A stretch of 64,000 bases of DNA from Promethearchaeota archaeon (GCA_048939765.1 JBHLPF010000017.1:10742-74741), one strand, 5' to 3'. Counted from the stretch's first letter, positions 1-10,493 are shown. Notes: generated by a model from the sequence alone, not told the origin. Numbers and translations: made by a program.

Positions 1-1128
1 GCTGAGCTCAAGTTGGGGAGTACCTTTCATGAGACCCAGGGCTCTACCTACGGGCATCATCGCTGGAACCGGATACCATGCATCAAGCGGTATCTTTCCA
101 CCAGTCTGTTCCTCAATCAGATGGATGACATCGGGAATGGTGATTCTCATCTCGTTCCGTGCATTATGGTCAATGCGACCGGTGATGCTCACTGGCTGAA
201 AGTTGACACAACGAATTACATCCCTGTTCTCAACTGCATACTCGATGATACCGCCAACTTGGTCGTCGTTCACACCTCTGACGACGGTTGGTACAAGAAC
301 CAGAGACTCCATCCCAATCTCTCGAGCATTCTGAATGGCTTGCTTCTTGATAGGCAACAAATTTGAGCCTCGTGCTGCGATGTAGGGATCTGGCGTAATG
401 CCGTCAAACTGCATATACACCGTTGACAGTCCTGCGTCTCTGAGTTCCTGGAAATACTCCTTGCTCTTTCCAATCCTGATAGCGTTGCTCGCAATCTGGA
501 CGTGCCTAAAGCCCAACTCCTTGGCCCATCTTATGTACTGAGGTAGATGTTTGCTGACTGTTGGCTCACCACCAGCAAACTGAAGCGCAGGCGCCGGTAC
601 TGGCTCGTTGCTCCTGAGATTCTTCATCATGTCGAAGACTTCCTCAGGGGTAGGCTCGTAGACCGTTCCGCCTTCTGCAGCCACAGCAAAGCAGATTGGA
701 CATCTTAGATTGCATCTGTTCGTGACATCCAGAAGAGCCAGTGCAGTGTGTGATTTGTGTTCGGGACACTGTCCGCAGTCCTCTGGACATCCCTTTACTG
801 TTTCAGTTCTGGGATTGTCTAGACCGACAGACTTGTACCACCACTTAGACGCCTCCCTGAACATCTTGGCGTCACCCCAATAAACGTCAATGAACTCGCC
901 ATGCTCATCACAGGTCTTCTTGTACATGACCTTCCCATCTTCTTCATAGAGCGTGGCGTCAATTACCTTAACATCATTATTTGTCAAGAAGCACTCAGGA
1001 CAGATCGATTGTGTCTTGTAGGGAAGTTGCCTCTCGGGATACTTCTCTACCTGATACCTAGCATAACCGCCAGAATCCTCATGAGTGATGGGTTCCTCTG
1101 GAACCGGCTTGACTTCATCAGTTGCCAT
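1..1128 (-). CDS. tes: Radical SAM protein of the MJ0619/tetraether synthase (Tes, GDGT-MAS) family; 3' end runs off the window
   Basis: Not in the ORF track because the stop lies outside the window. Manual translation from ATG 1128 gives MATDEVKPVP..., with QSICPEC...KTCDEHG, CPEDCGQCPEHKSHTALALLDVTNRCNLRCPICFA (CxxxCxxC), QFAGGEPT, VYMQFDG and VNFQPVSITGR. Confidence 0.8.
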   Translation of the reverse strand, partial: MATDEVKPVPEEPITHEDSGGYARYQVEKYPERQLPYKTQSICPECFLTNNDVKVIDATLYEEDGKVMYKKTCDEHGEFIDVYWGDAKMFREASKWWYKSVGLDNPRTETVKGCPEDCGQCPEHKSHTALALLDVTNRCNLRCPICFAVAAEGGTVYEPTPEEVFDMMKNLRSNEPVPAPALQFAGGEPTVSKHLPQYIRWAKELGFRHVQIASNAIRIGKSKEYFQELRDAGLSTVYMQFDGITPDPYIAARGSNLLPIKKQAIQNAREIGMESLVLVPTVVRGVNDDQVGGIIEYAVENRDVIRCVNFQPVSITGRIDHNARNEMRITIPDVIHLIEEQTGGKIPLDAWYPVPAMMPVGRALGLMKGTPQLELS

Positions 1129-1253
1129 GAATCATTCCACTCCATAGTCACTATATGGTACCACCACTGAACAGGGTGGTATTTTGAACTCGGCTGCGAG
1201 GTTTTCGCAATATAACCTTTGTCCGAAACTTCCGAGTATGAAAAGGGGCATGG

Positions 1254-1565
1254 CTATTCTGACATCTTGAGGATGAATCCTTTATCGAATCCACCCCTCT
1301 CTTGGCGTTTCTTCAGTCGAATATCCTCAAGTGCTGCACGGCCGATTGATCGATGAACTAGAAGAGCTTCCAATGCTTCGAGGACGTCTGCAATCTCCTC
1401 ATCCACTCCTGAATCTAGCAGTTCTTGAGATTCCTCTACTATTTTATGTCGGATGAGCTTGTCAAGTTCAGTTCCAGTAGCAATACGAACCTGTGGGTTC
1501 CCACCGTTTTGCCTAATGATCTCAGGAATCCTGTCACGAACCAGCTTCTCTGGCAATATCTTCAC
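1254..1565 (-). CDS. MazG-like nucleoside triphosphate pyrophosphohydrolase (COG4997 type)
   Basis: KLVRDRIPEII, EESQE, EEIADVLE and KRQERGGF motifs. Confidence 0.85.
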   Translation of the reverse strand: MKILPEKLVRDRIPEIIRQNGGNPQVRIATGTELDKLIRHKIVEESQELLDSGVDEEIADVLEALEALLVHRSIGRAALEDIRLKKRQERGGFDKGFILKMSE

Positions 1566-1577
1566 CTTATACCTAAG

Positions 1578-2246
1578 TCAAAGGACAAGTGCAGTTTCAA
1601 CTTGATAACGAGCTTCAGCCAGAAATGCATCGATGGCGATTCCAAGGTCATCAGGTATCTCTGTAGTCCATGGTTCCTCAGCATCTCGTGCCATAGACTC
1701 AGTCATAGCACTGAAAGGGAGATACTTTGGGGTGAGTGTTTTGTCAAAGGAAACCGTGCCTATCCACTGGCCGTTGTGGATGACTTCGTATGTTGGCTGG
1801 TATTTCCTCAATGAATCAGGAACAATTGCATTCCAAAAGAAAGACATCCCATTGAATTGCCCGGGCTTCCCAAGAGCGATGGTATAGGTATCCATAGTGG
1901 CCTTTGCAGACTCCAAATCGTAGAGAATGCCAATGCGACAATTCAGGCATTGATTGAACTCGAGACCATCGCCGTTCGGTTTCACATAAGCGATGCCATT
2001 CTTCTCAATATTGTCGTCATTACAATGCACACACAAGTCCATTCCCCATCGAACTTCAAGATGATCCGCAAAAGGTCCTTGGAGGAATCGAACTCTGGCT
2101 TCTTCAAAAGCGGTTCGAACTGCGTCCTCACCTTCGTTGTCCATCTTCTTTCGAATAACGCTCCAGACTTCAAGAAGGTCTTGCCAAAGGACATTCAGTA
2201 CCATGTCCGCGAGCTTGTCTAAAGGCCTGTCTTCAAGTGAACTCAT
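1578..2246 (-). CDS. Hypothetical protein with two CxxC pairs (possible Zn site)
   Basis: 222-aa ORF, co-oriented and 12 nt from the next gene; CVHC...CLNC. Confidence 0.6.
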   Translation of the reverse strand: MSSLEDRPLDKLADMVLNVLWQDLLEVWSVIRKKMDNEGEDAVRTAFEEARVRFLQGPFADHLEVRWGMDLCVHCNDDNIEKNGIAYVKPNGDGLEFNQCLNCRIGILYDLESAKATMDTYTIALGKPGQFNGMSFFWNAIVPDSLRKYQPTYEVIHNGQWIGTVSFDKTLTPKYLPFSAMTESMARDAEEPWTTEIPDDLGIAIDAFLAEARYQVETALVL

Positions 2247-2530
2247 ATCCTTAGATCACCCTCGACTTCTTGATTACAGGAACTCTTCCATCGCAAGTGG
2301 CAATTAAGTCTTGGTCGTTTCAAGGTGCCAATATGAAGGTCAAGTATGGTTAGCCTAAGCTTTTTAACGGGGTCGGATGCAGGGAGGAGTACTAAAGGTG
2401 GACAAGGATGGATTGCCAAATTCACTAACACATGTGAAACTCAACGTAGTCCATTCTCTGATTGCGAACCTGTTCGGCTTTTGAAGAATTCTAGCTGCAT
2501 GGATAATCAGTACAGGAGTCGGTGATATAG

Positions 2531-5500
2531 ATGTTCGAGCCAGTACCCAATCAAGTTGATTTCGTTGCGCAGGAATATGAGACACTTAGGTTTTGGGAAG
2601 AGAAGCAGATCTTTGAGAAGCTGAGGAGATTGAGGGCGAAAGGCCCGATATGGTCCTTTATTGATGGTCCTATCACTGCCAACAATCCTATGGGCGTTCA
2701 TCATGGATGGGGACGAACATACAAGGACCTATACCATCGATTGAAAGCGATGCAGGGGCATCATACACGCTATCAGAATGGCTTTGATTGTCAGGGACTC
2801 TGGGTTGAAGTCAACGTTGAACGAGATATGGGTTTCAGGGGCAAGCAAGACATAGAAGACTATGGATTGGAGAAGTTCATCATATTGTGCAAGCAGCGGG
2901 TCTTGAAATATGCTGGAGTTATGACAGAGCAAAGCAAACGTCTAGGTTTTTGGATGGACTGGGACAACCTGGAGACTCTGAAGACACTACATGATGCTCT
3001 TGATGATAATCCAGTGGCAGTGATGACTCTCGAGGGTGTTGAAGGTCCAGTTACTGGCACGGTTGAGCAGCTCGTAGGAAGACTTGGTATGCCTGAACTT
3101 GGCGGATCATACTTCACATTCTCAGAAGAGAACAACTATACTATATGGACTGTGCTGAAGTCATGTCACGATAGAGGATGGATATACAAGGGCAGAGATG
3201 TCATGCCCTGGTGCGCTAGGTGTGGTACAGCCATCAGCCAACATGAAATAGTGACTGAAGGCTATCGCGAGCTGACTCATCCTAGCATAACGTTGAGATT
3301 CCCTTTGTTGGATCATGCGGGTGAAAGTCTCTTGGTATGGACAACGACTCCTTGGACTCTAAGCAGTAATGTGGCAGCTGCTGTTGGTCCCGAACTGACC
3401 TATGTCAAGGTTCGCCAGGGAGAGGAAACATTCTACTTAAGCCGTGGGACTCTGCATATGTTGAAGGGCGACTATGAAGTCGAGGAGGAGCTGCTTGGCT
3501 TTGACATGGAGGGCTGGGTCTATCATGGCCCCTTTGATGAGCTACCAGCTCAAAAAGAGAGCGGAGTTTCAGGAAAGCACAAAGTGATACTGTGGGATGA
3601 AGTGGGAGAAGAGGAAGGAACTGGTATAGTGCACATTGCTCCTGGATGCGGAGCTGAGGACTTCCAACTCTCCAAGGAGTTTGACCTTGTCGCAATAGCG
3701 CCTCTTACAGAAAATGGCATCTTTATCGATGGGTTTGACTGGTTGTCGGGGATGAGTGTCAAGGAAGTTGCCCAGCCAATCTTTGACAATCTGACTGAGA
3801 AGGGATTGACATACAAGGTTGAGGACTATACGCATCGATATCCTGTGTGCTGGCGTTGTCAGGAAGAATTGGTCTTTCGTCTTGTTGATGAGTGGTTCAT
3901 ATCCATGGGGACCAAACTTGACGTACCCTATGAGGAGGTCACGGATGAGCAGAAAGACGCCAATCTCCGTTATCAGATAATGGAGGTAGTTACTGATGAA
4001 ACCAACTGGCACCCCTCATTTGGAAAAGAGAGAGAGCTAGATTGGCTGCGGAACATGGATGACTGGATGATCTCCAAGAAACGATATTGGGGCCTTGCAC
4101 TGCCCATATGGGAGTGTGCGAGCTGCAGTCATTTCGAAGTGATAGGCAGCAGAGAGGAATTGAAAGAACGTGCTGTTGTTGGCTGGGACTCCTTCGAAGG
4201 TCATTCACCTCACAGACCATTCATCGATGAAATAGAGATAGAATGTGGTGAATGCGGCCAGAGAATGAAACGAATACCGGACGTGGGTAATCCCTGGTTG
4301 GATGCAGGAATAGTAGCAATGAGTACAATGAGGTACAACTCAGATAGGAAGTATTGGAACAAGTGGTACCCGGCAGAACTCATCAGCGAGAGTTTTCCAG
4401 GTCAATTCAGAAATTGGTTCTATAGCCTACTCGCAATGAGCACGATACTCGAACGCAAAGCACCATTCAGGCATGTCTTCACCTATGCAACTCTGACGGC
4501 TGAAGATGGGAGAGAGATGCACAAGTCATGGGGGAATATGATAGAGTTCAATGAAGCTGCTGATTCAATGGGTGTGGATGTGATGCGATGGCTCTTTTGT
4601 ACTCATAAACCTGAAAAGGACCTTGCCTTTGGGTATTCTCGAGGCGACGAAGTACGACGGCATTTTCTCATCCCTCTTTGGAATGTCTATTCATTCTTTG
4701 TCACATATGCACTCATAGACGGGTGGGTTCCCAAGACGGACCTGAAGACCTCGCCTAGCTTGCTAGACCGATGGATACTCTCCCGGATGAATGAGGTTAC
4801 TCGAGATGTCACTGCGTATTTGGAGTCATACGAACCTAACATGGCGGCAGCTGTTGTAGACCGATTCATAGATCATCTGAGTAACTGGTATCTCAGACGA
4901 AGTCGTCGCCGCTTCTGGGTAGAAGCCGGGTCGAGTGATGAGGAAGATGCTGACAAGAATGCGGCTTATGATACATTATATCGAGTCTTAGTGACCCTCT
5001 CTCGATTGCTAGCACCATTTGTACCGTTCGTGTCTGAAGTCATACATCAGAATTTAGTCCGTAGCGTGGAGTCAGGTGCACCAGAGAGCGTACATCATTG
5101 CGATTGGCCCTTGAGCGATTCTGTTGATGAGGAGCTTAACAGCGAGATGGCGCTTGTACTTAGATTGGTTTCTTTGGGACATGCAGCAAGAAACCAGGCA
5201 AATCGCAAGCTTCGACAACCATTGTCTGAGATAGCATTTGCTGTTGGAATGGACAAGGAGCGAGATGTCGTTATGCGCTATGCAGATTTGGTGGGGGATG
5301 AATTGAATGTCAAGCATGTTCGATTATTGGATGTTACTGGAGAAGTAGTGAGCTATCAGCTAAAACCGCTTCCAAAGCAACTGGGTCAGAAGTACGGCTC
5401 TCATTTCCCTGCACTTAGAAATGCAATACTCGGTCTAGATCCCCGTGAATCGTCGACACATCTTCAGGCTGGCGAATCCATTGAAGTAGAGGTGAACGGT

Positions 5501-5884
5501 GAGAAATTCGAGATACTACCTGATGAAGTCGAAGTCATAGTTGAAGCTAAAGAGGGCTTTTCGACAGCATCCGAGGGAGGATATCTTGCTGCCCTGACTA
5601 CCGAGTTAACGCCGGAACTGGAACTTGAAGGATTGGCAAGAGAATTTGTGAGACGGGTTCAAAACGTACGCAAGTCAGCCGATCTGAATGTTAATGATAG
5701 GATAGACATTCAGTATTCCTCAAGCAGCCGATTGGCGGAGGCGGTTGAGTCTCATCAGCAATATATCACAGAAGAAACACTAGCGAATAGCTTGAAACAG
5801 GCGAAGAAACCTGCTGGAGATTACCGAGAGGAATACAAGTTTGGCGACGAGAATCTTATGATAGCGATAGCTCTTAGTGAATAG
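2531..5884 (+). CDS. ileS: Isoleucyl-tRNA synthetase (IleRS2 type)
   Basis: DGPITANNPMGVHH, GFDCQGL, WTTTPWTL, GTGIVHIAPGCG, DWMISKKRYWG, EMHKSWGN; long IleRS2-type C-terminus. Confidence 0.97.
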   Translation: MFEPVPNQVDFVAQEYETLRFWEEKQIFEKLRRLRAKGPIWSFIDGPITANNPMGVHHGWGRTYKDLYHRLKAMQGHHTRYQNGFDCQGLWVEVNVERDMGFRGKQDIEDYGLEKFIILCKQRVLKYAGVMTEQSKRLGFWMDWDNLETLKTLHDALDDNPVAVMTLEGVEGPVTGTVEQLVGRLGMPELGGSYFTFSEENNYTIWTVLKSCHDRGWIYKGRDVMPWCARCGTAISQHEIVTEGYRELTHPSITLRFPLLDHAGESLLVWTTTPWTLSSNVAAAVGPELTYVKVRQGEETFYLSRGTLHMLKGDYEVEEELLGFDMEGWVYHGPFDELPAQKESGVSGKHKVILWDEVGEEEGTGIVHIAPGCGAEDFQLSKEFDLVAIAPLTENGIFIDGFDWLSGMSVKEVAQPIFDNLTEKGLTYKVEDYTHRYPVCWRCQEELVFRLVDEWFISMGTKLDVPYEEVTDEQKDANLRYQIMEVVTDETNWHPSFGKERELDWLRNMDDWMISKKRYWGLALPIWECASCSHFEVIGSREELKERAVVGWDSFEGHSPHRPFIDEIEIECGECGQRMKRIPDVGNPWLDAGIVAMSTMRYNSDRKYWNKWYPAELISESFPGQFRNWFYSLLAMSTILERKAPFRHVFTYATLTAEDGREMHKSWGNMIEFNEAADSMGVDVMRWLFCTHKPEKDLAFGYSRGDEVRRHFLIPLWNVYSFFVTYALIDGWVPKTDLKTSPSLLDRWILSRMNEVTRDVTAYLESYEPNMAAAVVDRFIDHLSNWYLRRSRRRFWVEAGSSDEEDADKNAAYDTLYRVLVTLSRLLAPFVPFVSEVIHQNLVRSVESGAPESVHHCDWPLSDSVDEELNSEMALVLRLVSLGHAARNQANRKLRQPLSEIAFAVGMDKERDVVMRYADLVGDELNVKHVRLLDVTGEVVSYQLKPLPKQLGQKYGSHFPALRNAILGLDPRESSTHLQAGESIEVEVNGEKFEILPDEVEVIVEAKEGFSTASEGGYLAALTTELTPELELEGLAREFVRRVQNVRKSADLNVNDRIDIQYSSSSRLAEAVESHQQYITEETLANSLKQAKKPAGDYREEYKFGDENLMIAIALSE

Positions 5885-5918
5885 CAGGAACCAGTTGATG
5901 AGATGCTTGAAACAGGGG

Positions 5919-7280
5919 TCATAGCCCTCCTGGCTTTCTCAAGAGAACATCAATCAGGGTGTGATAGAAATCAGCGTTCTCCTTTATTGAGGAAATCGAT
6001 ACCCACTCGTTGGGCCCGTGGGTGTTACCACCACGAGGGCCAAAGTCGAATAGCTCGCACCCCTCTCCGGCAAAGAAACGAGAATCAGATGCGCCATATC
6101 CCTCTATCACTCTGTACGGGATCTGTTCCTTCTCAAGTGCCCAACGTGCGGCTCGTATCAGGCGGGAATTTGGATCAGTGTCGACATACCCGACGCCAGG
6201 GCTCACACGTAATGAGAATAGATTAACACGTCCTTCCAATGCTCTCTGGATAGCCCTCTCCACAGCCTCTCCGTCATTTGTCATTGCACGAATATCACAA
6301 TAGAGAGACCAGAGGTCACCCTCAATGGATAACAGATTGGGCGAGATTATTCTCCCGTGGTCTGAATATTCAGTTGAGAAGGCCGCATTTGATAGGGGAA
6401 GAAGTGCTCTCATAAGTCCAGTCAGAGCTTCATCATACTCTGACTCCGGTTGTGACTCATCAGGATGGAGGAGGTCAACCTCAATCCATCCAGGTACGAC
6501 ATTTGATTTCAGGAAAGCTCCTCTAACATCCTTCACGACAGTATATGGATTTACATCAAGATATTTGGAGGCGGCTAGCATCGCATGCCGATCTACACTT
6601 GGCCGCATGTAGGCTGAGTGGCGGGATGTTGAGCCGAAAACATCGGTTTCGAATCTAATCGTTTCTGCTCGGCCTCGCATCTTGGCCATTGACTTCTTTG
6701 CCTTGATGTAGGTGGGCAAGACATTCCGTCGCCGATGAATGATTTGCTGACCAACGCTATCAGCTATGACTACATAATCTGGAAAAAGGCCCTGCTTGAC
6801 TAGATGTTCCTTGAGCTTGAATGCCCCATTTCTGCCTCCAATCTCCTCATCCCCACTAGCAGCGATGGTAACAGTACACGGAAAGGCACTCTCTTTCAGT
6901 CTATCCGCCAAGAGAAGAAGTGACACAATATTCCCCTTATTGTCGGATGAGCCTCGGCCATAGGCGATATCTCCATCAACACGGAGCTTGAAGGGATCAG
7001 ACTCCCATCCTTCACCCACAGGTACGACATCAAAATGGGCTAGGAAGAGAATTTTGAACTCACCCTGGCCATAGCGCCCATAGACCGTATGATAGCCCTC
7101 AAATTCGATTATTTCTGAGATAAGCCCAGCTTCTTCAAGTCTACTACCGATATACTGTGCGCAGTCTAGGTTTGCTCTTTTATCCAGTGGATCACTTATT
7201 GTCTGAAATGATACCAATGTTTCCAGTTCTTCTACAACATCCCCGTTCATTGCACTTGACCATGCCACATGGCTGGACAA
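5919..7280 (-). CDS. M20 family metallopeptidase/deacylase (ArgE/DapE-like)
   Basis: HFDVVP, GRGSSDNKG, DEEIGG and HGPNE metal-ligand motifs. Confidence 0.9.
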   Translation of the reverse strand: MSSHVAWSSAMNGDVVEELETLVSFQTISDPLDKRANLDCAQYIGSRLEEAGLISEIIEFEGYHTVYGRYGQGEFKILFLAHFDVVPVGEGWESDPFKLRVDGDIAYGRGSSDNKGNIVSLLLLADRLKESAFPCTVTIAASGDEEIGGRNGAFKLKEHLVKQGLFPDYVVIADSVGQQIIHRRRNVLPTYIKAKKSMAKMRGRAETIRFETDVFGSTSRHSAYMRPSVDRHAMLAASKYLDVNPYTVVKDVRGAFLKSNVVPGWIEVDLLHPDESQPESEYDEALTGLMRALLPLSNAAFSTEYSDHGRIISPNLLSIEGDLWSLYCDIRAMTNDGEAVERAIQRALEGRVNLFSLRVSPGVGYVDTDPNSRLIRAARWALEKEQIPYRVIEGYGASDSRFFAGEGCELFDFGPRGGNTHGPNEWVSISSIKENADFYHTLIDVLLRKPGGL

Positions 7281-7352
7281 ATATCCATCGATGTAGAGAT
7301 ATGAAAAGAAAGTGGTGGAGCGAAGACCAGCTGGTCGTCGCTCATGGTCATT

Positions 7353-9566
7353 CTAGGTTCGTTTGTAGATCCATCGACTCCAAGAGCCTATAGATGGCAT
7401 TTCCTCCGGCATACCTTTCCTTGCTCGAATCTCCAGAATCTTCTCTTCCTGCATATTTCCAGGGACTGGTTCAAAGCCTCGAAACTCGTAACCGAAGAAG
7501 CTTCTACCGGCAGCAGCACTGCGAAATTCATCTGCAATGCCAATTGTTTCCGCTGTCGGTAATGTGCCTCTGATTGTGACTGTGTCTTCCTCAGCCTCAA
7601 TCGTAACAATCTGACCTCGATGACCAGTAAGCACTTTGATGATGCCCCCCTGCGTGTCAGTTGGAGTCTTGATGTCCGCATTCAGAATTGGCTCGTAGAG
7701 ACCTGAAGCCCCAGTGAGGAAGCTCATGTTAAGACCAGAGCTGGTCATCGTAGCGACCTCGTTGTAGCCAGTGTGCGCAGGATCAGTGTGAACTGTTGCA
7801 TCTGTAAGGACTACCTTCACACCCATGACGGGCTCTCTTGCTATCGGTCCTTGGTCTATGAACTCACGAAATGTGGTCTCGAGATATGAGTAGATTCTGT
7901 CGAATCGCTGCACACCGCTCATGGCATCAACAAGCATGCTTGATTCGTAGATATCCAGAATCTTGCGGGCTTCCTTCGCATCCCATCCTGCCTCGTCACG
8001 GAGAATGGCTGCACGCTCGCGCGAGTTCATGTCCCTCGTAATCCGCTTTTTCCTGATGAGCTCAATAGCCTTCTCATCTAGGGGCTCTACATACAGTCTT
8101 AGACGATTATGACCGTTTGGAGATTTGGTGTGGAACTCTTGGCCACGTTCAGTAATCTTCTCACGATAGACAATGATTGGCTCAGATATGATGATCTTCA
8201 CCTGTTCATTGATACGTTTGGTCAGAATCTCAATTTGAAGAGGGTCAATCCCATCCAGTCTGTATTCTCCGGACTCCTTGTCGTGAATGAATCTCGCTGT
8301 TGGGTCAGCCATGATCCACTTTGAAACGACCTCACCTAGCTTCGCGATGTCCTGAGGATCAACTGGCTTGATGCTTCTGCTGACTACAGGTTCGCTTACA
8401 TATTCAATGGCTTCAAAGCCATGCATCTCAGAGTCCACTGCTACAAAAGACTCTCCGGATGGACACATAAATCCGAACACAGAGAAGAGATTCCCTGCTG
8501 GAACTTCTTCCATTGGCAGAATGTCAGTAATCTCTTGTACGCCAAGTCGTTTCACAGTGACGCTTTTCCTCATGTTGACAAGACGGATTGACTGTCCTGA
8601 TTTCACAGTACCTGAGAAAACTCTACCAATCAGTGTGGGCCTCTTGCTCTTTGGGTCGACAAAGATCTTGGTGATCATTCCGAGTAGCGGGCCTTTGCGA
8701 TCACACTCAAGAAGTGCCTTGCCTTCTGTGCTGTCAAGATCACCTTTCCAGATTCTCGGAATCTTGTAGGCTTGTGCTTCCTTTGGGTTGGGGAGGTGGT
8801 GTACTATCATCTCAAGAAGGGCATCATCCAGTGGGAGGTTCTCACGAAGCCACATCTCGTCGCCCTCGTTGTATTTCTCGAATACTACTTTGGCAGGAAC
8901 ACCTTTCTTTGCGAGCGTCTTATTTGTGAAAGCCCAACCGGTCTTTGCGCTTCCAATTGCAACACTGCCTTCCTCAAAGTTGACTCTCCATTCCTTTGCA
9001 TATTCAGGAGGAGCAACTTTCTTGATGAGTTCATTGACCTTTGAAGCTATGATGACAAGTCGCTCTCCAACCTTCTCAGGGGGGAGCTTCAACTCATTGA
9101 TCAATCTGTCCACTTTGTTAATGAAGAGGACTGGCTTGCATGCCTCGCCGCCTACTGCAAGTCGGATGTTCGTTTCAGTCTGCGTCATGACTCCCTCAAG
9201 TGCATCAACCAGAATGACGGCACCATCACTAGCGCGCAATGCACGTGAAACTTCTCCTGTGAAAGAGAGGTGTCCAGGCGTATCGGACAGCTGTACTAAA
9301 TACTCTTCTCCATCAACTTCGAAGTTTAGCAGAACAACAGAGGTGAAGATCGTGATTCCTCTTTCCTGCTCCTCGTCGTCACTGTCTGTCATAAGAGCCT
9401 GCCCAGCGGCTGCGTCACTCATGAGACCTGCACGGCGCATCAGATAGTCTGTTGTTGTTGTCTTGCCGTGATCGATGTGAGCGCTGATAGAGATGATTCT
9501 CTTATGCTCATAGTCATCTGACATTATTAGTCTCTTAATTGCGTCTGGGTCCTTTATCTTGACCAA
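7353..9566 (-). CDS. fusA: Elongation factor 2 family GTPase, probably the Asgard paralog aEF-2p
   Basis: AHIDHGKTT, RGITI, DTPGH, NKVD; domain IV loop HTDPAHTG rather than HxDxxHRG; not in a ribosomal protein operon. Confidence 0.9.
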   Translation of the reverse strand: MVKIKDPDAIKRLIMSDDYEHKRIISISAHIDHGKTTTTDYLMRRAGLMSDAAAGQALMTDSDDEEQERGITIFTSVVLLNFEVDGEEYLVQLSDTPGHLSFTGEVSRALRASDGAVILVDALEGVMTQTETNIRLAVGGEACKPVLFINKVDRLINELKLPPEKVGERLVIIASKVNELIKKVAPPEYAKEWRVNFEEGSVAIGSAKTGWAFTNKTLAKKGVPAKVVFEKYNEGDEMWLRENLPLDDALLEMIVHHLPNPKEAQAYKIPRIWKGDLDSTEGKALLECDRKGPLLGMITKIFVDPKSKRPTLIGRVFSGTVKSGQSIRLVNMRKSVTVKRLGVQEITDILPMEEVPAGNLFSVFGFMCPSGESFVAVDSEMHGFEAIEYVSEPVVSRSIKPVDPQDIAKLGEVVSKWIMADPTARFIHDKESGEYRLDGIDPLQIEILTKRINEQVKIIISEPIIVYREKITERGQEFHTKSPNGHNRLRLYVEPLDEKAIELIRKKRITRDMNSRERAAILRDEAGWDAKEARKILDIYESSMLVDAMSGVQRFDRIYSYLETTFREFIDQGPIAREPVMGVKVVLTDATVHTDPAHTGYNEVATMTSSGLNMSFLTGASGLYEPILNADIKTPTDTQGGIIKVLTGHRGQIVTIEAEEDTVTIRGTLPTAETIGIADEFRSAAAGRSFFGYEFRGFEPVPGNMQEEKILEIRARKGMPEEMPSIGSWSRWIYKRT

Positions 9567-9593
9567 TTGCTTTCACCTTATTTGCGAATAGTC

Positions 9594-9656
9594 TGACCCC
9601 AACTCCAAAGTCATAGTTCCGGGAGAACTAGGTCAGGGTCAACCGAAGGCCTCGGT
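9594..9656 (-). promoter_or_regulatory. Structured 5' leader of the EF-2 family gene
   Basis: Minus strand: 10-bp stem UGACCCUGAC/GUUGGGGUCA (two G-U pairs) enclosing UAGUUC/GAACUA, preceded by an ACCGA/UCGGU hairpin; TATA-like TTTTAA near 9685. Confidence 0.5.
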
Positions 9657-9707
9657 GGCTAGCGCGGAGAGCCTTATAGATTCTTAAAAGATTATCGTCA
9701 TAGGACC

Positions 9708-10493
9708 CTATTTTGTGGCTACTACAACCATACGCTCAGAATTTGCGGCATATGGCATCTTCGGAAGTTTGTTTTGCCCGTAGAGTTCGCTCCTGGAAAA
9801 GCCCACCTGTCTTAGGAGATCGCGAATTTCAAGTGCAGTGTACATTCGGATGTCGTTGCCAGCGAGTGCATCCTCATTCATCTCGATTATGCGGCCATTA
9901 GCCACATCAATGAATGATGCTGGCCGTCCTCTCAGAACTCCCGCTGGTGCATCGAGTACATGAGGCTCACTTAACAGATAGCCATCTTCTAGCTTTGTCC
10001 ATGTCTTATGGAAACGCGGAAGATTGTAGGGATTCATCAGGTCAAGCAGAAGCTTCCCGCCTTCGACGAGCGCATTGAATGACCCCTCAAGAACACGCTT
10101 GTTCTCATCATGATTGAAAAAGCCAAAGCTGTGACTCAGAAGCACTGCAGCATCAAACTGGCTTGGAAAATCAATCTCCCTCATGTCACCCATTGAGAGA
10201 TTCACCTCAAGATTGGCCTCAGCTGCCTTCTCCTTAGCAATTTTAATCAGCCTTGTTGAAAGGTCGAATCCAGAAACATTGATTCCGCGTTCTGCAAAAA
10301 GGATGCTCTGATCACCGGCTCCACAGGCTATGTCGAGCAGCTTCTTTCCTTTCTTCAAGCTCAAGGCATCCAGGCAGAATTCAACTACCATCTCATCATA
10401 TTGTTGAATTCCCGGAATGATTTGACGATATTTGACCCTGAACACTTCAGCCCAGAATTCATCCCAGCCAAAATCAACGCGCTCCATGTTCAC
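9708..10493 (-). CDS. Class I SAM-dependent methyltransferase
   Basis: LLDIACGAG motif I, GFDLS, GDMR, FDAAV, SFGFF. Confidence 0.92.
   Translation of the reverse strand: MNMERVDFGWDEFWAEVFRVKYRQIIPGIQQYDEMVVEFCLDALSLKKGKKLLDIACGAGDQSILFAERGINVSGFDLSTRLIKIAKEKAAEANLEVNLSMGDMREIDFPSQFDAAVLLSHSFGFFNHDENKRVLEGSFNALVEGGKLLLDLMNPYNLPRFHKTWTKLEDGYLLSEPHVLDAPAGVLRGRPASFIDVANGRIIEMNEDALAGNDIRMYTALEIRDLLRQVGFSRSELYGQNKLPKMPYAANSERMVVVATK

Noticed and set aside
8788-9447. 219-aa antisense ORF and the many other shadow ORFs
   Set aside because: Opposite well-supported genes; Ser/Thr-rich antisense artefacts
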